Origin: Prochlorococcus sp. scB243_495K23
GTDB taxonomy: Bacteria > Cyanobacteriota > Cyanobacteriia > PCC-6307 > Cyanobiaceae
DNA: 64,000 bases
Assembly (NCBI GenBank): GCA_000635495.1
Contig: JFLW01000089.1
Coordinates: forward strand, 75,614-139,613
Direction: 5' to 3'
In this document: positions 62,590 through 64,000 of the stretch, one piece after another
Layout of the letters: every line of letters begins with the position of its first letter
How positions within the stretch are numbered: the first letter of the stretch is position 1
Program-made: the position numbers and the translations under genes
Notes under the pieces: generated by a model
Told to the model about the DNA's origin: nothing
The model's database searches: none
The model's input: only the letters and a program-made list of their open reading frames with translations

Positions 62590-63693
62590 ATGGTGTTATT
62601 CAATAAAATAAAAAATAAACTGCGTATTAATTACAGAAAAAAAAGATGGCCAGGTCTAATAAAAGCTTATAAACAATATCTTCCAGTTACAAAGAAAACT
62701 CCTATTATTTCCCTAAATGAAGGAAATACACCACTAATTCTAAGCGAGTCAATTAGCAACTTAATTGGAAATGGAACAAAAGTTTTTTTAAAATATGATG
62801 GCCTTAATCCAACAGGATCTTTTAAAGATCGTGGAATGACTATGGCAATTAGCAAAGCGAAAGAAGAAGGCCGTGAAGCAGTAATTTGTGCAAGTACTGG
62901 AAATACCTCTGCTGCTGCTGCTGCATATGCTTCGAGAGGAGGATTAAAACCTTATGTTCTAATCCCAGAAGGATTTGTTGCACAAGGAAAGCTTGCGCAA
63001 GCATTAATGTATGGTGCTGAAATAATATCTATTAATGGAAACTTTGATAAGGCTCTTGAAATTGTTAGAGATTTATCCTCAGAACATCCTATAGAGCTTG
63101 TTAATTCTGTTAATCCATATCGAATACAAGGACAAAAGACGGCAGCTTTTGAAATAGTTGATGACTTAGGTTATGCTCCTGATTGGCTTTGTATTCCAAT
63201 GGGTAATGCAGGAAACATAACTGCTTATTGGATGGGATTTAAAGAATATTCAACAATAAAAAGGAATTTGAAATTACCAATAATGATGGGTTTTCAGTCC
63301 GAAGGCTCTGCTCCATTAGTAAAAAATATAATAGTTAAGGATCCAGAAACAATTGCAACTGCAATAAGAATTGGAAATCCTGTAAATAGAGAAAAAGCAA
63401 AAAAAGTAAGGAAAGAGAGTAAAGGAGACTTTCAATCAGTTACAGATGAAGAAATAATCAATGCTTATAAAATTCTTGCCAAAGAGGGAGTATTTTGTGA
63501 ACCTGCCAGTGCAGCATCAGTTGCTGGACTGATTAAAAATAAAAATAGAATTCAGAAAGAATCTTCTATTGTTTGTGTTCTGACTGGAAATGGATTGAAA
63601 GATCCTGATTGCGCTATAAAAAACAATGATGCTATTTTTAGGCAAAATATTGAACCTTCATTAAAAAATATAACTAAGATCTTAGGATATTAA
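62590..63693 (+). CDS. thrC: Threonine synthase
   Basis: The PLP-lysine motif [10 protein letters not shown] and the motifs [13 protein letters not shown] and [10 protein letters not shown] are present. 367 aa. Confidence 0.93.
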   Translation: MVLFNKIKNKLRINYRKKRWPGLIKAYKQYLPVTKKTPIISLNEGNTPLILSESISNLIGNGTKVFLKYDGLNPTGSFKDRGMTMAISKAKEEGREAVICASTGNTSAAAAAYASRGGLKPYVLIPEGFVAQGKLAQALMYGAEIISINGNFDKALEIVRDLSSEHPIELVNSVNPYRIQGQKTAAFEIVDDLGYAPDWLCIPMGNAGNITAYWMGFKEYSTIKRNLKLPIMMGFQSEGSAPLVKNIIVKDPETIATAIRIGNPVNREKAKKVRKESKGDFQSVTDEEIINAYKILAKEGVFCEPASAASVAGLIKNKNRIQKESSIVCVLTGNGLKDPDCAIKNNDAIFRQNIEPSLKNITKILGY

Positions 63694-63713
63694 AATCCAA
63701 AAAAAATAGTGTC

Positions 63714-63960
63714 TGTGGAAATCAATTAAAAATAGACCTCATTTGTTGAAAAGTACATAACAATAAATTCTATTTGTTGAATAAATTTAAAATTTTCGAA
63801 AAAAGTAAAAAATATTCAACAAATAATAAAGTTTTTACACATATTCTTTTTTTCCAAAACTAAATAAACAAGCTGTTTTATTGAAGAATTCCACAGTTCC
63901 CACAAAAACTACTACTACTAGATTTTTTATTTTATTATTCATTTTTATATTAGAAAAAGA
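63714..63960. other. Candidate oriC segment: cluster of DnaA-box-like 9-mers followed by an A/T-rich tract
   Basis: Five 9-mers were read directly: ATTTCCACA (reverse strand, 63714-63722), TTTTACACA (63833-63841), TTTTCCAAA (63850-63858), AATTCCACA (63887-63895) and GTTCCCACA (63896-63904). A nearly pure A/T run spans 63921-63960. The region is truncated by the window edge. Confidence 0.45.
63771..63825. repeat. 13-bp perfect inverted repeat TATTTGTTGAATA ... TATTCAACAAATA with a 29-nt spacer
   Basis: The arms at 63771-63783 and 63813-63825 are exact reverse complements. A 10-nt partial third copy, ATTTGTTGAA, lies at 63741-63750. Confidence 0.6.
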
Positions 63961-64000
63961 GTGAAAAAAAATGTATTGAATTTAATTTACGAAAAAAGTA

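Noticed and set aside
63835-63942. 35-codon minus-strand ORF (MNNKIKNLVVVVFVGTVEFF...) in the thrC-downstream spacer
   Set aside because: It is very short and has no ribosome-binding site. It is built from the DnaA-box-like and A/T-rich elements, so it is more parsimoniously non-coding origin DNA.

Overview
This window reads as compact, strongly AT-rich core chromosome of a marine picocyanobacterium. Gene content and order suggest a high-light-adapted Prochlorococcus marinus-type genome: sqdB-sqdX, a GT-only sucrose-phosphate synthase, desC, a group-2 sigma factor, and gcvP/H/T. That assignment is inference only, since no database search was possible. I support about 58 protein-coding genes and one tRNA-Val. 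Nearly all are housekeeping genes: ribosomal proteins L35/L20/L9/S6; dnaB, mnmG, valS, aspS, pyrG, dnaK, uvrA, recN, mraY; the glycine cleavage system; polyamine, queuosine, pABA, shikimate, arginine and threonine biosynthesis; acnB and ppk. Spacers are short, and many neighbours have overlapping stop/start codons or convergent 3' ends. I saw no rRNA, CRISPR array, transposase, integrase, prophage remnant or recognisable defence system, and no convincing novel multi-gene system. Six items deserve a second look. (1) The non-coding tail after thrC (63694-64000) holds a cluster of DnaA-box-like 9-mers, an A/T tract and a 13-bp perfect inverted repeat, which makes it a candidate oriC cut by the window edge. 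(2) A SprT-like metalloprotease is divergently paired with a membrane-anchored protein and an ATP-dependent DNA ligase. (3) A minus-strand gene string runs from an HTH-like protein through a PLP lyase-like enzyme to gcvH and gcvP. (4) An AAATCCATT motif occurs three times upstream of the sigma factor gene. (5) tRNA-Val sits 15 nt upstream of a HesB-like gene and upstream of valS. (6) queE-queC-pabB-pabC are translationally coupled. Start codons were adjusted by eye where the ORF track extended into a tRNA or past a conserved N-terminus. All functional calls rest on motifs read directly from the translations.
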